Shown piece after piece: positions 21,062 through 31,893 of a stretch of 64,000 nucleotides of DNA. The position numbers and the translations under genes are program-made. The DNA comes from a virus. Where the stretch lies: the IMG/VR virus record IMGVR_UViG_3300049484_000260, positions 2,806 through 66,805 of that record. One strand, written 5' to 3'. The notes under the pieces are model-generated. The model did not search any database. It saw only the letters and a list, made by a program, of their open reading frames with translations, and was not told the origin of the DNA. The first letter of the stretch is position 1, and the number at the start of each line of letters is the position of its first letter.

Positions 21062-24000
21062 TCATCCCCCGCTTACCGCTGCCAGTAGCTGTTCAGCTTT
21101 AGTCTTGACCACCTGATTAGCATTAAGACCGAGACCATCAAATCTTATGGTGGTATTGCTGACTGTACTCACATTATTAGACGTAGCTGTATGTGACGTT
21201 ACATTATTAGAATATAAAGCCTGCTTAGGTACCTGTAAAGCATTAAGTCGCGCAAGCCCGCTTTCTTCATAATGCCGCATAGCTGTGTTATTCAGTATGC
21301 CTTCCCCTTTAGCGAGGTATGCGGACACTACGTCAGAACTTGAGTATCCTGGCATATATCCAGATTTTTTCAAGGTGATAGGTGATATTATCTCTTTGAA
21401 TATACTTCTGGCAAGCCCAGCTACACCACCACTAAAATGTGACTCAGTTTGGGTTTTCTCTTCAACAACCTTCACAGTAGCAATCTTACCATCAAGATCA
21501 GTGAGGGCTTTATACACAGCAACAAGGGAGTTCTCAGCCTCCTTGACACCATCTTGATGAACACTTATATTAGCTACACTTATTCCTTCTATCTTACTGT
21601 TTAATGCTTCTATCTCTTGTTGAGCCTCGCGCAATGATACAGAAAGACTATCCTTCTGAGCCTTTATGCTATCTGCCGCCTTCTGATGCGCCTTCTCAGT
21701 CTGATTAAGAGCGTCTTCTATGATTGATGATGACTCTTCAACCTCCTTTATAGCTGAAGATACTGATGCGTCAGCCTGTTGCTGGGAAACACCTTCTTTC
21801 TGTTTTTTTGTATTGGTCTCTGATAATTTAATCGCTTCTTCTGTTAGACGTTTGGCTTTTTCATACTCACCGGCAGCCTTGGCGGCGGCGGCCTCTGCAT
21901 TTTTCTCAGCTACCTTTGCAATATCATCCCGTGTCGCACCTTCTTTCTCTTTTAGGGTGTTAGATTCTGCAAGAGCCATCGCCCGTTCGGCAAGCTGCTT
22001 CCCTTTTGTGAATTCACCGGCTGCTATCGCCTGGCGAGCCGCCGCTTGCTTTTCATCAATCTGTTTTTTAATGTCCGCATATTTCATCTCCTCACTCATA
22101 CCTTGCTGACGAAGGCTGCGAACTTTATCTTCTACAGTCAACTTCAGAGCGGCTTTTTCTTCCTCAGCCTTACGAACGGCTTCAAGATGCTTCTTCTCCT
22201 CCCCGATCATGGACGTGATCATGGTTTGGTACGAGGTAGCAGCTTCCTTATAGTTGCTTTTCCTCTTTAGAAGCATATCATACTCTGACTTAGTTACGGC
22301 ATCAGAAATCTCCTTTGAGCCTTGTAGCATTTTGTCGGTATCATTGCGAACAGAATCAGCAGTCTTTGTACTTTCTTCCTTTGTCTTACTGAATATCTCA
22401 CGTCTGTTCTGAAGAATCTCAGTCTCAGACTTCTTTATGTCAGATATAGTCTTGTTCGGTATTTGTAATAGCTCTTCTTCCTGGCTTAATAGCTCCTCAG
22501 ACGTACTTATATACTCTCTGATCACTTGTGCCTTTGCGTCGTATGCTTGTCTGTTGATAGCAGTTTCTTGCTGTATCTTAGACAACTCAGACGCGCCTGA
22601 CACAGACACCGCAGCAAGCCGGGCCTCCGTGACGGTATTGATGGCCTCTATTTGGGTACTGGATGACTCTTTTACAAGGCCAGCCATTGTCTGATATTCT
22701 TTCCCTATCTTCCCAGCATACTCTGTAACCTTTTTGACATCCTTTTCGCGAGCCTTATCTATATCAGACAATGTATCTTTTAGAATTTTGTACTCTGCTT
22801 TATCTTGATCTGACATTTTAGAGGTGACATCAGCTTCAGTAGGCTCGATCCCTACGTCCTTTCTGACTTTGGCTGCGGCCTCTCTCTGCTTTATAGCTGC
22901 ATCTTGTAACTTTATCAGAGACTTGAATTTATCAATGACTTCATCTCTAATCTTTGGTTCTATATTGACTTGATTTAGGGTGGAGGTAAGCTCCTCCACA
23001 GACCATCCTGCTTTGACAGCCTGACTAACCATGTCAGTCATCGCTGCTGAGGCCTCTCTTTTGGCTTTAGCAAGTTCGTATGTCTTCTTTATTTCATTCT
23101 CATACGCTCCTTTAAGGAAAGGATCGACTTTAGATTCACCTGCTCCGTTACCACCGGTAAGAATCTCAATTCTTTTCCGCTGTTCTACAATAGCGTCAGA
23201 CGATTTCTTCAGAGCGATAGCTTGCTGCTCAAGCTGTAATGCGAAATCTGTCTTATCTTGCTTCTCAAGTTGGTCTATATATAGCTTCAGCTTATTGTAG
23301 TTGTCAACATAACCATCTCCAACTTTAGCTATAACCCTCCCATGATCATCAATAGACACGTTAGAGTCCTTCATAGCTTTAGCAAGTGACTCCTGTGCTC
23401 TGATATGTGCGGACGACCCCTCCTCAGCAGTGTCGAAAACTTTCTTTATATTTTTTAGCTCTTCTATCTGGCCTTGTATTTCTTTACGAGATTCTCCTAT
23501 ACTATTTGCAAGCTCTTGGTGTCTCTTTGCAGACTTCTCTGCATTATCTGAAAACAAAAGAACAGCACCAGCAGCTACGGTTATAACCGCTGCTATAGCG
23601 GCAAGCACCGGGTTAGAGGCAATAAAACCAGTAAGAAAAGTCCCTATAGCTGTTAGAGAGGTTGTGGCAAGAGTGACAATCCCTGTAAACCCTGTAGAGA
23701 TTACGGAAAAGAAGTTTGTGGCTGAGGTAGCAACAAAAGACAGGTTTAACTTAGCAAGTATTTGAACAAAAGTTAAGGTTTTAGACCACTCTATAACCCC
23801 TATTGCCGCCCCTATAGCGTAGAGTGCTGTTGTCACCCCACCAAGCACGAGTATTAGCTTTGAATGCTCAACAACAAATGACCCTACACTTATCGCGGAG
23901 GAAGCCAATGATATACCGATACTGATAACACCACCAACAAAGTCTGCTATCTCTTTCTTTGATGAGAGCAATGAGTTCTGCACGAGCGTAAGAAAATCCA

Positions 24001-25636
24001 CTAACTTCTGGTCACTCGTTCTTTCTATAGCAATCTGAACCTCTTGGTACGCCGAAGAGACCCTACGCAGGGCACCACCAAGGCCACCCTCCATGATACC
24101 CGTGATTCGCGAGGCCGCGTCCGCAGAATTGTTTATTTCCTCTCTATAGCTACGAATTGCCGAAATCCCCATCCCAAGAAGAGCTGACATTCCAGGGCCA
24201 CCGCGCTTGCCGAACAGAGTCAGCATGTCTTCAGTAGTCGCGCCTTTCTTTGCCAGGTCTTCAAGGATGTCCGTCATAGGTCTAAGCCCGCCAGTAGCTG
24301 ACTTAACTTCAATCCCCATCTCCCTCAACCTACCAGAAACTGCGGAAGTCTGTTTAGATAGGTCAGCAATAGCGTTACGCATTATCGTACCAGCCATCGA
24401 TCCTTTGTACCCGGCGTTGGCGAGCAGACCGAGCATCGTAGCCAGTTCTTCAAACTCGATCCCAGTAGATTTTGCTATAGGGCCAGCATATTTGAACGAT
24501 GTCCCCAGTTCAGATACTTCAACGTTAGACGATGCGGAAGTTTTCGCCAAGACATCGTTTACCCGTGAAAGGTCACTGACCTTCATTTGGTATCCGGCAA
24601 GGATACTTGTGGAAATATCTGCGGCTGAGGCTATGTCCATCATACCCGCCGAAGCCAGATTGAGGACATTCGGTAGTGCGGCTATGGACTCATCTACGGT
24701 AAGACCTGCCATTGCCAGTATCTGTAAGGCACTGGCAGCATCGGCGGCTGTGAATTTAGTTTCAGCCCCTGCTTTCCGGGCCGCATCCTCCATTCGTGCG
24801 AGGTCGCCAGAGGTAGCCCCAGCAGCAGCCCCAGCAGCCCGCAGGTTATCGTCGAATTCTTTGGTCTGCTGGATGGCAGTGACGATGGCGTAGCCCGCCC
24901 CCATGCCTGCCAGCAGCGTTTGCAGCGAGGTGGCGGTAGTAAATAACCCTTGCATCGGGCGTAGGGGCTTGGCCAGTTCAGCGGTCAGCCGCTGTAACGA
25001 AGCCTGTGTCCCTCGGTATGCCGCACTAAGCTCTTCAGCAGTCGCCTTGCCAGAAGACCGGAGGGCTTCAAATTCCTGCTTTATCCTCTTTATCTCAGCA
25101 GTAACACTTTTAGTATTCGTTATGTTGTACTTTACTGGGCGCGACAGTTCGTGATTTAAGGCCTGAACAGAGCCACGCATTTTCTTAAATTCAGCATCAA
25201 GGAAGTCACTACTAACTGAACCACCTAATTTACTGAATGAGGCATAGGTAGATTTAGCTTTCTCTATTTCAGATACTATATCAGCCTGCGATCTCGAAGC
25301 AGATGGGGTCTGAACCTTTGAAGCAGATGTTACTTTTCTTGAAAATTGCTGTATTTTTGTATCTGCTGACTGTACAGCATCTTCCACTTTTTTTATAATA
25401 GAAATCCCATTCTGTGCTACAGTATTCATAGCTGAGACACTACTGGAAACACTACTGGAAACAGTATCCCCAGCAGCTCGCACCTTCTGCATCATATCGA
25501 CTACAGAAGATGCGGCTGAATTTGCACTCGAATGAATAGATGAAAAACTGGAAGAAACGGAGTTTAGAACTTGTCCTGTCTTATCAGTAGCGGAAATAGT
25601 TATCTCTACAATCCGTGATAGTATATTTCCAGCCAT
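21062..25636 (-). CDS. Tail tape measure protein (TP901-family core)
   Basis: ETKFTAADAASALQILAMAG...LPNVLNLASAG, FKYAGPIA, LANAGYKGSMAGT; hydrophobic segment; long coiled coils. Confidence 0.92.
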   Translation of the reverse strand: MAGNILSRIVEITISATDKTGQVLNSVSSSFSSIHSSANSAASSVVDMMQKVRAAGDTVSSSVSSSVSAMNTVAQNGISIIKKVEDAVQSADTKIQQFSRKVTSASKVQTPSASRSQADIVSEIEKAKSTYASFSKLGGSVSSDFLDAEFKKMRGSVQALNHELSRPVKYNITNTKSVTAEIKRIKQEFEALRSSGKATAEELSAAYRGTQASLQRLTAELAKPLRPMQGLFTTATSLQTLLAGMGAGYAIVTAIQQTKEFDDNLRAAGAAAGATSGDLARMEDAARKAGAETKFTAADAASALQILAMAGLTVDESIAALPNVLNLASAGMMDIASAADISTSILAGYQMKVSDLSRVNDVLAKTSASSNVEVSELGTSFKYAGPIAKSTGIEFEELATMLGLLANAGYKGSMAGTIMRNAIADLSKQTSAVSGRLREMGIEVKSATGGLRPMTDILEDLAKKGATTEDMLTLFGKRGGPGMSALLGMGISAIRSYREEINNSADAASRITGIMEGGLGGALRRVSSAYQEVQIAIERTSDQKLVDFLTLVQNSLLSSKKEIADFVGGVISIGISLASSAISVGSFVVEHSKLILVLGGVTTALYAIGAAIGVIEWSKTLTFVQILAKLNLSFVATSATNFFSVISTGFTGIVTLATTSLTAIGTFLTGFIASNPVLAAIAAVITVAAGAVLLFSDNAEKSAKRHQELANSIGESRKEIQGQIEELKNIKKVFDTAEEGSSAHIRAQESLAKAMKDSNVSIDDHGRVIAKVGDGYVDNYNKLKLYIDQLEKQDKTDFALQLEQQAIALKKSSDAIVEQRKRIEILTGGNGAGESKVDPFLKGAYENEIKKTYELAKAKREASAAMTDMVSQAVKAGWSVEELTSTLNQVNIEPKIRDEVIDKFKSLIKLQDAAIKQREAAAKVRKDVGIEPTEADVTSKMSDQDKAEYKILKDTLSDIDKAREKDVKKVTEYAGKIGKEYQTMAGLVKESSSTQIEAINTVTEARLAAVSVSGASELSKIQQETAINRQAYDAKAQVIREYISTSEELLSQEEELLQIPNKTISDIKKSETEILQNRREIFSKTKEESTKTADSVRNDTDKMLQGSKEISDAVTKSEYDMLLKRKSNYKEAATSYQTMITSMIGEEKKHLEAVRKAEEEKAALKLTVEDKVRSLRQQGMSEEMKYADIKKQIDEKQAAARQAIAAGEFTKGKQLAERAMALAESNTLKEKEGATRDDIAKVAEKNAEAAAAKAAGEYEKAKRLTEEAIKLSETNTKKQKEGVSQQQADASVSSAIKEVEESSSIIEDALNQTEKAHQKAADSIKAQKDSLSVSLREAQQEIEALNSKIEGISVANISVHQDGVKEAENSLVAVYKALTDLDGKIATVKVVEEKTQTESHFSGGVAGLARSIFKEIISPITLKKSGYMPGYSSSDVVSAYLAKGEGILNNTAMRHYEESGLARLNALQVPKQALYSNNVTSHTATSNNVSTVSNTTIRFDGLGLNANQVVKTKAEQLLAAVSGG

Positions 25637-25645
25637 AACGTCCCC

Positions 25646-26394
25646 TCAAAACATCGACATGAATTTTTTCCAGTTCTCTTCCACAACTACAGGATTGGTA
25701 CTGTTATCTGCATCTGACTCTGGAGAGGATTCCACACGACGCATTATGTCGTCAGTGTACTCTGAAATCCCTTCCTTCGTTAAATGAGTCCCTGCCCATA
25801 CGGACATCGCCATGCTCGCCTGTGCAGAAAGCTCTCTCTTTTCTCTCTGCCTTTTCTCAGTAACAGCGACGCGCACAAACATGCCGAACAGGCCGGGGTG
25901 ATAGGAAAGGATAGCTTCGTAGGAGTGGCCTTGACGAATTAGTAAACCAAGCAGGTCGCCTATGCGGCTTGCTTCGGGGGCGGGAACAGCCCCTTCACTT
26001 TGGCTACAGCGGTCGTCAAGGCAGCCCAGTTTTTTGTGAAGCCCGTAGCAGAGTCGCAGTTCACGCTGATCACGGCTTCAATCAGCTCAAGATGGACGTT
26101 TGGGGGAACCGCTTCCAGTGATTCCCGGTGAATCCGAGTGACCGCCTCGTACAAGGGTAAAAATTTACCCATCAGCAGCTTCGCCACCTTTGGAATATGC
26201 GGTCTGAAATTTTCGAGAGTAACCCCAATCCCTTCTATCTCCCCCATGAACTCAATGAGCATATCGCTCACCTCGTATATCACTTTAAGTGATAGTGGTT
26301 TGATGGTGATCTGAGTAGTCCCGATTGTCACATCCTTCCCGCAGGTGATCTGCGCGATATCCTTGTCTGTGATTCTAAGATAGTCAGCTCCCAT
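25646..26394 (-). CDS. Tail assembly chaperone GT (via -1 frameshift)
   Basis: -1 frame after A AAA AAC (26035-26029) is open: KKLGCLDD...LIRQGHSYEAILSYHPGLFG, joining MFVRVAV of ORF 25646..25882. Confidence 0.8.
25960..26394 (-). CDS. Tail assembly chaperone G
   Basis: Lies between tail tube and tape measure; slippery heptamer near its 3' end. Confidence 0.8.
   Translation of the reverse strand: MGADYLRITDKDIAQITCGKDVTIGTTQITIKPLSLKVIYEVSDMLIEFMGEIEGIGVTLENFRPHIPKVAKLLMGKFLPLYEAVTRIHRESLEAVPPNVHLELIEAVISVNCDSATGFTKNWAALTTAVAKVKGLFPPPKQAA
26029..26035 (-). promoter_or_regulatory. Programmed -1 ribosomal frameshift site A AAA AAC
   Basis: X XXY YYZ heptamer in frame (ACA AAA AAC); -1 frame runs without a stop to 25646. 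Confidence 0.8.
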
Positions 26395-27401
26395 TATGTC
26401 AAGTCCTCGATGTTGAATTTCATATAAGGATGTTCAGGATGGTTAGCTGCGTCGTCAAGTACCTCAAACATCAGAGACAGAGTTGACCAATCGTCACCAA
26501 TATATGCTTTATCTCCGTCAGGGGATGCGGTGACGCGCCATGCAGTGAAGTCATAGTTACGACCAAGAGCATGATCTGATACAAACCGAAGTTGATATTC
26601 AGTGGTCAGGTTAGTATATGGGGCAACTGACCAGAATTCTGCATCCTCGTAGTTGGTGCGAACCTTAACAGATGATTTATCCGTTATGGTAGAGGTGTCA
26701 GGGATATAGAATCGACCAATTCTGTCATCCTTGAACGTTGTTGACACGATGTAGTCAGTTCCAGCAGAGTACGTCACCGCTCCTGCTGAGTTGCGCACGT
26801 TAATAAGGCCTGGTTTGAATACGGCGGAGCCTGCGGCCAAGGCATCTCCTGAAACGCTGCCAGATAGGGCTGCGCCGGTAGAGAATGTGCCCGACGTAAG
26901 CAAGATGACCAGGGTTCCTGAAGTGGCAGTCCCTACCACAGCAATAACAGTGCCTTCACCTGTCGGGCCTGTAACGATCTCTTCAGGCGCAAACAGAGAG
27001 GGAGAGGATGATGCTTGATATGGAAGATGGTACAGACCAATCCGCCGTTTGCCAACATCGGTACGTCGCCCCTTGAATGCTGAAAAGGTGGTGTCAATAC
27101 TGCCTGCCTGCTGTGTTTCACGAACAAGGGTGCCGAGGGAAGCGAGAGCCTGATTATCAGGTGACATTTCATCCAGCTCCGCTTTGATCGTCGGGGTAGT
27201 CTTCAGGGGGAAGTGCACATCGCGACTGGCCGTCTTGCTTAGGTGGTTAGTATGATCGAGGTAGTCGATGGCGTTAGATGCTGTAAGAGCTTTACAGTTT
27301 CCCAAATGCCTCTCTCCTGTCAGGAGGCCCGTAGTAGCATCATAGGAGCTGAGGTACAACGACCCTTTACCAAGGGTGTACTCCTTCTTATTAGGCATCA
27401 T
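26394..27401 (-). CDS. Major tail (tube) protein
   Basis: YTLGKGSLYL...ERHLGNC N-terminus, SPDGDKAYIGDDWSTLSLMFEVL C-terminus; synteny. Confidence 0.8.
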   Translation of the reverse strand: MMPNKKEYTLGKGSLYLSSYDATTGLLTGERHLGNCKALTASNAIDYLDHTNHLSKTASRDVHFPLKTTPTIKAELDEMSPDNQALASLGTLVRETQQAGSIDTTFSAFKGRRTDVGKRRIGLYHLPYQASSSPSLFAPEEIVTGPTGEGTVIAVVGTATSGTLVILLTSGTFSTGAALSGSVSGDALAAGSAVFKPGLINVRNSAGAVTYSAGTDYIVSTTFKDDRIGRFYIPDTSTITDKSSVKVRTNYEDAEFWSVAPYTNLTTEYQLRFVSDHALGRNYDFTAWRVTASPDGDKAYIGDDWSTLSLMFEVLDDAANHPEHPYMKFNIEDLT

Positions 27402-27415
27402 AATGATTGTCTCCT

Positions 27416-27904
27416 TTAATACTCTTGAATTTGGTTCCTTTGGTTATATGCTGACTGTACAAATGTCATTGTATATAAAACCTCTATATATGCCGTGTTG
27501 CTCATTTTCCCTGCTATAAATTGTGGATTTGATGCAACGCGATTATAATGCAATACAAGAGGCTGCCGATAGCCACAATGATTGGTCGATATGTCAGTAT
27601 CTATCTCTATAGCCGCATATATATTTTCCTTCGCAGCCTTTAACACCTTATGTACTGTAGATTCTGTTACGCCATTAACATAGTAAACGATAGGAATGTC
27701 TTTCTCCACCGTGTATGGTTTTGAAACATCATCCCTTGAATAATTCTCACCGCAAGGAACCACGAATACACAAGGAAAGGTATCTACATCCTGAGAAGGC
27801 TCCTTCAGTACAGGAGGAACCTTCAGAGGGATAGACAATAGTCTGCGCATGATCTCATCATACAGCAGGCTTTCGGTGTCAAGATTTGGGTTAAGTTGCG
27901 TCAT
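27416..27904 (-). CDS. Tail terminator-like protein
   Basis: FPCVFV motif, size and position before the tube gene. Confidence 0.55.
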   Translation of the reverse strand: MTQLNPNLDTESLLYDEIMRRLLSIPLKVPPVLKEPSQDVDTFPCVFVVPCGENYSRDDVSKPYTVEKDIPIVYYVNGVTESTVHKVLKAAKENIYAAIEIDTDISTNHCGYRQPLVLHYNRVASNPQFIAGKMSNTAYIEVLYTMTFVQSAYNQRNQIQEY

Positions 27905-28458
27905 AGTGCTTCTACCAGCTTAGGAAGTGCTCCGTCTATCGCTTTTGAAATCCAATGTGTTGGCTTTATACGTACCATCTTCTTCAGAGCAAATAAGAAG
28001 ATAGGGGGTTTATCCTTTCCACGAAGTTTGACTATAAACAGTCGTTTATCTTGTAACTTTATAACTGTTGTGTCTTGCCAACTCGTCGCAGGTTTTCGCA
28101 GCACTCCTGCTTTAGTCATAGCGGCTGGCATAGGGACAGTGAGATATTTTCCTGTTTTTGGTACAATGCTGCCACCATCTTCATGAATTACGGCGTATGG
28201 TGTGGAGTCAAGGATGATAGAAACTTTATACCCATTCCCAGCTCCTCCACCAGCGTACCCTATCTCAGTACGCCATCGTGACATTCGTGCAAGATCACCT
28301 GTTCTACGTCGTAATGATTTGTTTGCAAGCTGCTGCTGTGTGTCCTGGTCGAGGTCAGAGTCAACCCAATCCTTTACAACGAGGAGAACCTCAGCGAGAG
28401 TTTTCTCTGAAATTACTGATAGGTCTCTTACCCCATTATTGATGGTAAATTTAATCAT
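27901..28458 (-). CDS. Neck/virion morphogenesis protein (HK97 gp10-like)
   Basis: RRTGDLARM, TPYAVIHEDGGSIVPK, LKKMVRIKPTHW motifs. Confidence 0.7.
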   Translation of the reverse strand: MIKFTINNGVRDLSVISEKTLAEVLLVVKDWVDSDLDQDTQQQLANKSLRRRTGDLARMSRWRTEIGYAGGGAGNGYKVSIILDSTPYAVIHEDGGSIVPKTGKYLTVPMPAAMTKAGVLRKPATSWQDTTVIKLQDKRLFIVKLRGKDKPPIFLFALKKMVRIKPTHWISKAIDGALPKLVEAL

Positions 28459-29042
28459 CGGGCAGACCCATAATACACCCTATATGCGAGCATATCCTTC
28501 ACACTCTGTAATAGCGAACCTTTGTCGGAAGACGATACGGCTGTCATATCAGACCCTGAATATGTACTTATCCCTGTAGAGTCTCTTCTTTTATATACGG
28601 CAGTTGTCTGAGAAATTAGACCTTGTAATATATCGCTGTCCTCAGTTAGAGACGTAAAACCCCCAGTGTACACCACTCTATAGCTTTTATTATCGAGTGG
28701 TGATGACGCAAATCTTGAAAGTCTAATAAGTTTATTACTGATTACCGAGAAATACTCAGAAGTTATTTCGACATCTTCATCAATATCAGTTATCTCAACC
28801 CCACTAACTACATCTATAGGAGTGTTCCTTATTAAGATTTCGGTAGATACGTAATCATATCTCTCATCATATAGTGCTTTCGAGAGCTTTCTGTTAATAT
28901 ATGTCTCTACCATTGATAATGCTGTCTTAGCTGACTGCATTAAAACAGTATCACCTTGTAAGGGTCTGCTGTTCACTCCCTTAATGTCGAGGAGGGCGAC
29001 TACGCCCTCCACGACGGGGACAAGAAACTTGTCCGTAAGCAT
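28455..29042 (-). CDS. Head-tail adaptor/connector
   Basis: VETYINRKL, TPIDVV, VVYTGGF, VKDMLAYR. Confidence 0.75.
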   Translation of the reverse strand: MLTDKFLVPVVEGVVALLDIKGVNSRPLQGDTVLMQSAKTALSMVETYINRKLSKALYDERYDYVSTEILIRNTPIDVVSGVEITDIDEDVEITSEYFSVISNKLIRLSRFASSPLDNKSYRVVYTGGFTSLTEDSDILQGLISQTTAVYKRRDSTGISTYSGSDMTAVSSSDKGSLLQSVKDMLAYRVYYGSAR

Positions 29043-29044
29043 GG

Positions 29045-29329
29045 CTACGCAGCAGGCACCGTAGAGGGGGAGCCGCCGGTAGTCACACTACTCACTGGGG
29101 GCTTGTTTCCCCCAGTCAGTTCTGTGACCGGCTTAGATTTCAGCATCCGAGGCAGCTTGATCACTTCGACAGTAGCAACCCCCTTGCGAGGCGGAGGTAC
29201 TGCGGCAACTCTTTCCATAGCGTCACCAAAAATTGAGGCAGTTTCATCATCAGCCTCAACGTAGGAATTATTCGGAATGCGGTGCGTTTCCGCAGTAGCA
29301 ATAGCGCGGTTCGTTTTGAAGATTGGCAT
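29045..29329 (-). CDS. Small head-associated hypothetical protein
   Basis: Follows capsid gene, AGGAG RBS upstream. Confidence 0.55.
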   Translation of the reverse strand: MPIFKTNRAIATAETHRIPNNSYVEADDETASIFGDAMERVAAVPPPRKGVATVEVIKLPRMLKSKPVTELTGGNKPPVSSVTTGGSPSTVPAA

Positions 29330-29338
29330 GATTTCTCC

Positions 29339-30529
29339 TTACACAGCAGCAGTACGCAGCACTGCCAACTTCTGAGGTTCAGCGACGCTGATGCAGATGC
29401 GCTCCAGCGCACGAACATGGGTTGTGTCAGTTACAAAACCAGGGATCGGCGTGCTGAGAATGCTGAGGTTGCGGCGGTCGCCCAACCAAACGCCGGACAT
29501 GTTACCGAACAGCATGGCCGGAGCATTGGCAGCGGAGTCGGTCATCTGCGGCATGATGTCCAGCAGCTCATACGGATACCCCCAGATGAGACCCGGAGAG
29601 GTTCCTCCCGGCGGTGCCCAGATGTAGTGACCGTCCGTGTCCTTCAGTGTACGGACTCGGTTAAACATCGTGCGGCTCATCTTAAAGCCAGCACCAGCGA
29701 GATACGGAGAATCAATCATGGTGGTGAGGTTTGCAATGTCATCAAACGTGATGTCAGTAAACGCCACCTTACCTGCCGCAGTGTAGTACGACACAACATT
29801 CGGGTCATACAGAGCACCGTTGTACACGTCGCCACCGCCACCAGTAATAACCTTACCTTTAAACCCTACGCGGTCTTCCTCCTTGGCGATACCTTCAGCG
29901 ATCATCGTGAGAATGATGTTTGCAATACCGATGGAGGAGTCCTCGACCAGCTCAGAGGTCATGGGTACAATGACACCGAGTTTTTTGGTCGTCATTTTCA
30001 TCATGTCGAAGCGAGGCTCGTCAGACATGATAGTCTGACCCTCATCGATCCAGTACGCGGCAGTGCCTTTCGTCTGCCGAGGGTATGCAATGTCTCGCGC
30101 AGGCATCGAGAAAACACGGGCCTGTCGGCGCAGAACACCAAAGGTCTCGATAGTCCGAATCAGCGTCGGGATGAATTCCTCCGGGACGAGAAACCCGCCC
30201 TCGTTATCCACCAGGGTGTTCAGGGCTTTAGTGTTCCCTTGGGCGGAGCCATTGAACACCGCCTTGCCGAACTCGACAAAGGACTTAGCCATTTCTTTAT
30301 CGGTAAAGCCAAGGCTGCCCTGGTTAGCCATGTCCACAACCTGCGCTTCCTTCATGGCAAGCAGGGACTTCTGCATCTTCTCGACAGAAAGCGTCAAAGC
30401 TGCGATGGTCTTCTTGTCGGCCTCGTGCTCCGCCTGCATAGTCTTGATGGACTCCGTGGCGGTAGCAAGCATCTCAGCGATAGCTTGCGACTTCAATACT
30501 GAAGGATCGGCTGCTGGAGTATCACTCAT
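29339..30529 (-). CDS. Major capsid protein, HK97 family
   Basis: N-terminal coiled delta domain, EGGFLVPEEF, AYWIDEGQ, KKLGVIVPMTSELVEDS, LKDTDGHYIW, LFGNM. Confidence 0.95.
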   Translation of the reverse strand: MSDTPAADPSVLKSQAIAEMLATATESIKTMQAEHEADKKTIAALTLSVEKMQKSLLAMKEAQVVDMANQGSLGFTDKEMAKSFVEFGKAVFNGSAQGNTKALNTLVDNEGGFLVPEEFIPTLIRTIETFGVLRRQARVFSMPARDIAYPRQTKGTAAYWIDEGQTIMSDEPRFDMMKMTTKKLGVIVPMTSELVEDSSIGIANIILTMIAEGIAKEEDRVGFKGKVITGGGGDVYNGALYDPNVVSYYTAAGKVAFTDITFDDIANLTTMIDSPYLAGAGFKMSRTMFNRVRTLKDTDGHYIWAPPGGTSPGLIWGYPYELLDIMPQMTDSAANAPAMLFGNMSGVWLGDRRNLSILSTPIPGFVTDTTHVRALERICISVAEPQKLAVLRTAAV

Positions 30530-31893
30530 TTTGTGCTCACCTGTGTCATAGCTTTAATCATCTTCGTTAGACCATCAGTAATTGCCTCAAATTCATCATG
30601 GGCGTTACTGTCTGGCGTTGTTACTGGGGTTGCTGGAGTAGCTACTTTGTTAGACTCAGCCATCAGAGAAAGCTGAATAGCTACATCTGTGATGATAGAC
30701 TCAATCTTTTTGAGTCTTACATCCGTAGCTTTCGTAGCCTCCTTTACAGCCTCACCTACAATCTTTACTGTTTGCGCATTACCGGTAAGACCATCATCTT
30801 CAGACGACTCCCCTAAAGAGGCACCCTTAGAGATAATGCTCAACTGCTCAGGTGTGTAGGACTTCAGTTCTGGAGCCGCAATGCCGCATTCTTTGTAATG
30901 CCCTGCAAGGTGGTCATGAATCCCTTTTGCAGAGTCACCATATTGCGATTGGTTAGTCAGAAGCTCTGTCATGCAAGAGAACAGTGCGGACTTAACCAAT
31001 TGCAGCGACTTGCCGTCAGAGGTATGATGGAGTAGCTTGTAACCACTCACAGAGCTTGCACTTCCTATATCAATATAGGAATACCCTTCCGATAGTTTAG
31101 AGAAATCGACTTTCTTTAGGTCAACCTCGCCATCAGGCATAGCGTACTTCGTGATTCCCAACTGTATATTCTCGGAGGAGTCAACGACAGACGAGCTTTT
31201 TGTGAATGGAACAACGAACGAAGTAGAGACATCCTGGTTAATACTCTTGATGAACGACTTTATCTTCTCTGTCGTCACGCTTTTGATGAATTCAGGTGCT
31301 GCATCGAGTCCAGGGGCGAATTGGCGAATAAGCCGAGCGTCCGGGTTACTCCCTACCGCACACAAGCTAATCTCTACCAATTCCCATGATGTGATAATAA
31401 GGTCTGGTCGTCTCTTATATGCAGAAAGGTTGATAGTTACATCCTGCCCATTGATCGGTATCTTGATAATGTCAGGCATTGTGGATTCAACCCAGAACCC
31501 TTCAAGCGGCATGAACCCTACAGAGAATGCTCTCTGGAAGTTGTTCGCGTAGAGATACTGAAGCTCTTTTCCGTCAGCAGTCTCTGCAATGGTGAAATCG
31601 AACTCTACCCTGTCGGTCACCCGGATAGAATCTACCCGGCCCACAGAGTTACCCCTATAATTGTGTGTCGCGAGCATTACGGGGTTTAGCAGAAACTCTT
31701 CTATCTTGCACCCCTGCGGGATCACCACCTCATTGTCTCTGTCGAGAGACATGGTGTTGGCTACGGCAGAAAACTTGAATGACGACTTGTCATCTGGTAG
31801 TTTAGTTACAATGTCAACCACATCACGTGATCTTTTCTCCCCTCCTTTAACCCCTACCAGAGATTTGCATACAACTGACGATGGTGCTGTCAT
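30526..31893 (-). CDS. Prohead maturation protease (HK97/S78-like) with C-terminal extension
   Basis: LDRDNEVV, NPVMLATHNY (His), RAFSVGF (Ser), ELVEISLCAVGSNPDA; extension with YKLLHH...HLAGHY. Confidence 0.88.
   Translation of the reverse strand: MTAPSSVVCKSLVGVKGGEKRSRDVVDIVTKLPDDKSSFKFSAVANTMSLDRDNEVVIPQGCKIEEFLLNPVMLATHNYRGNSVGRVDSIRVTDRVEFDFTIAETADGKELQYLYANNFQRAFSVGFMPLEGFWVESTMPDIIKIPINGQDVTINLSAYKRRPDLIITSWELVEISLCAVGSNPDARLIRQFAPGLDAAPEFIKSVTTEKIKSFIKSINQDVSTSFVVPFTKSSSVVDSSENIQLGITKYAMPDGEVDLKKVDFSKLSEGYSYIDIGSASSVSGYKLLHHTSDGKSLQLVKSALFSCMTELLTNQSQYGDSAKGIHDHLAGHYKECGIAAPELKSYTPEQLSIISKGASLGESSEDDGLTGNAQTVKIVGEAVKEATKATDVRLKKIESIITDVAIQLSLMAESNKVATPATPVTTPDSNAHDEFEAITDGLTKMIKAMTQVSTK

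Noticed and set aside
24207-24893. 228 aa plus-strand ORF and the other plus-strand ORFs (e.g. 36971..37630, 42442..43209)
   Set aside because: All lie antisense to well-supported minus-strand genes and lack independent signals
25437-25463. 12-bp tandem duplication in tape measure (SSSV twice)
   Set aside because: Trivial in-frame slippage in a low-complexity region
29282-30502. 406 aa plus-strand ORF
   Set aside because: Antisense shadow of the major capsid gene, explained by its codon bias; no recognisable motifs
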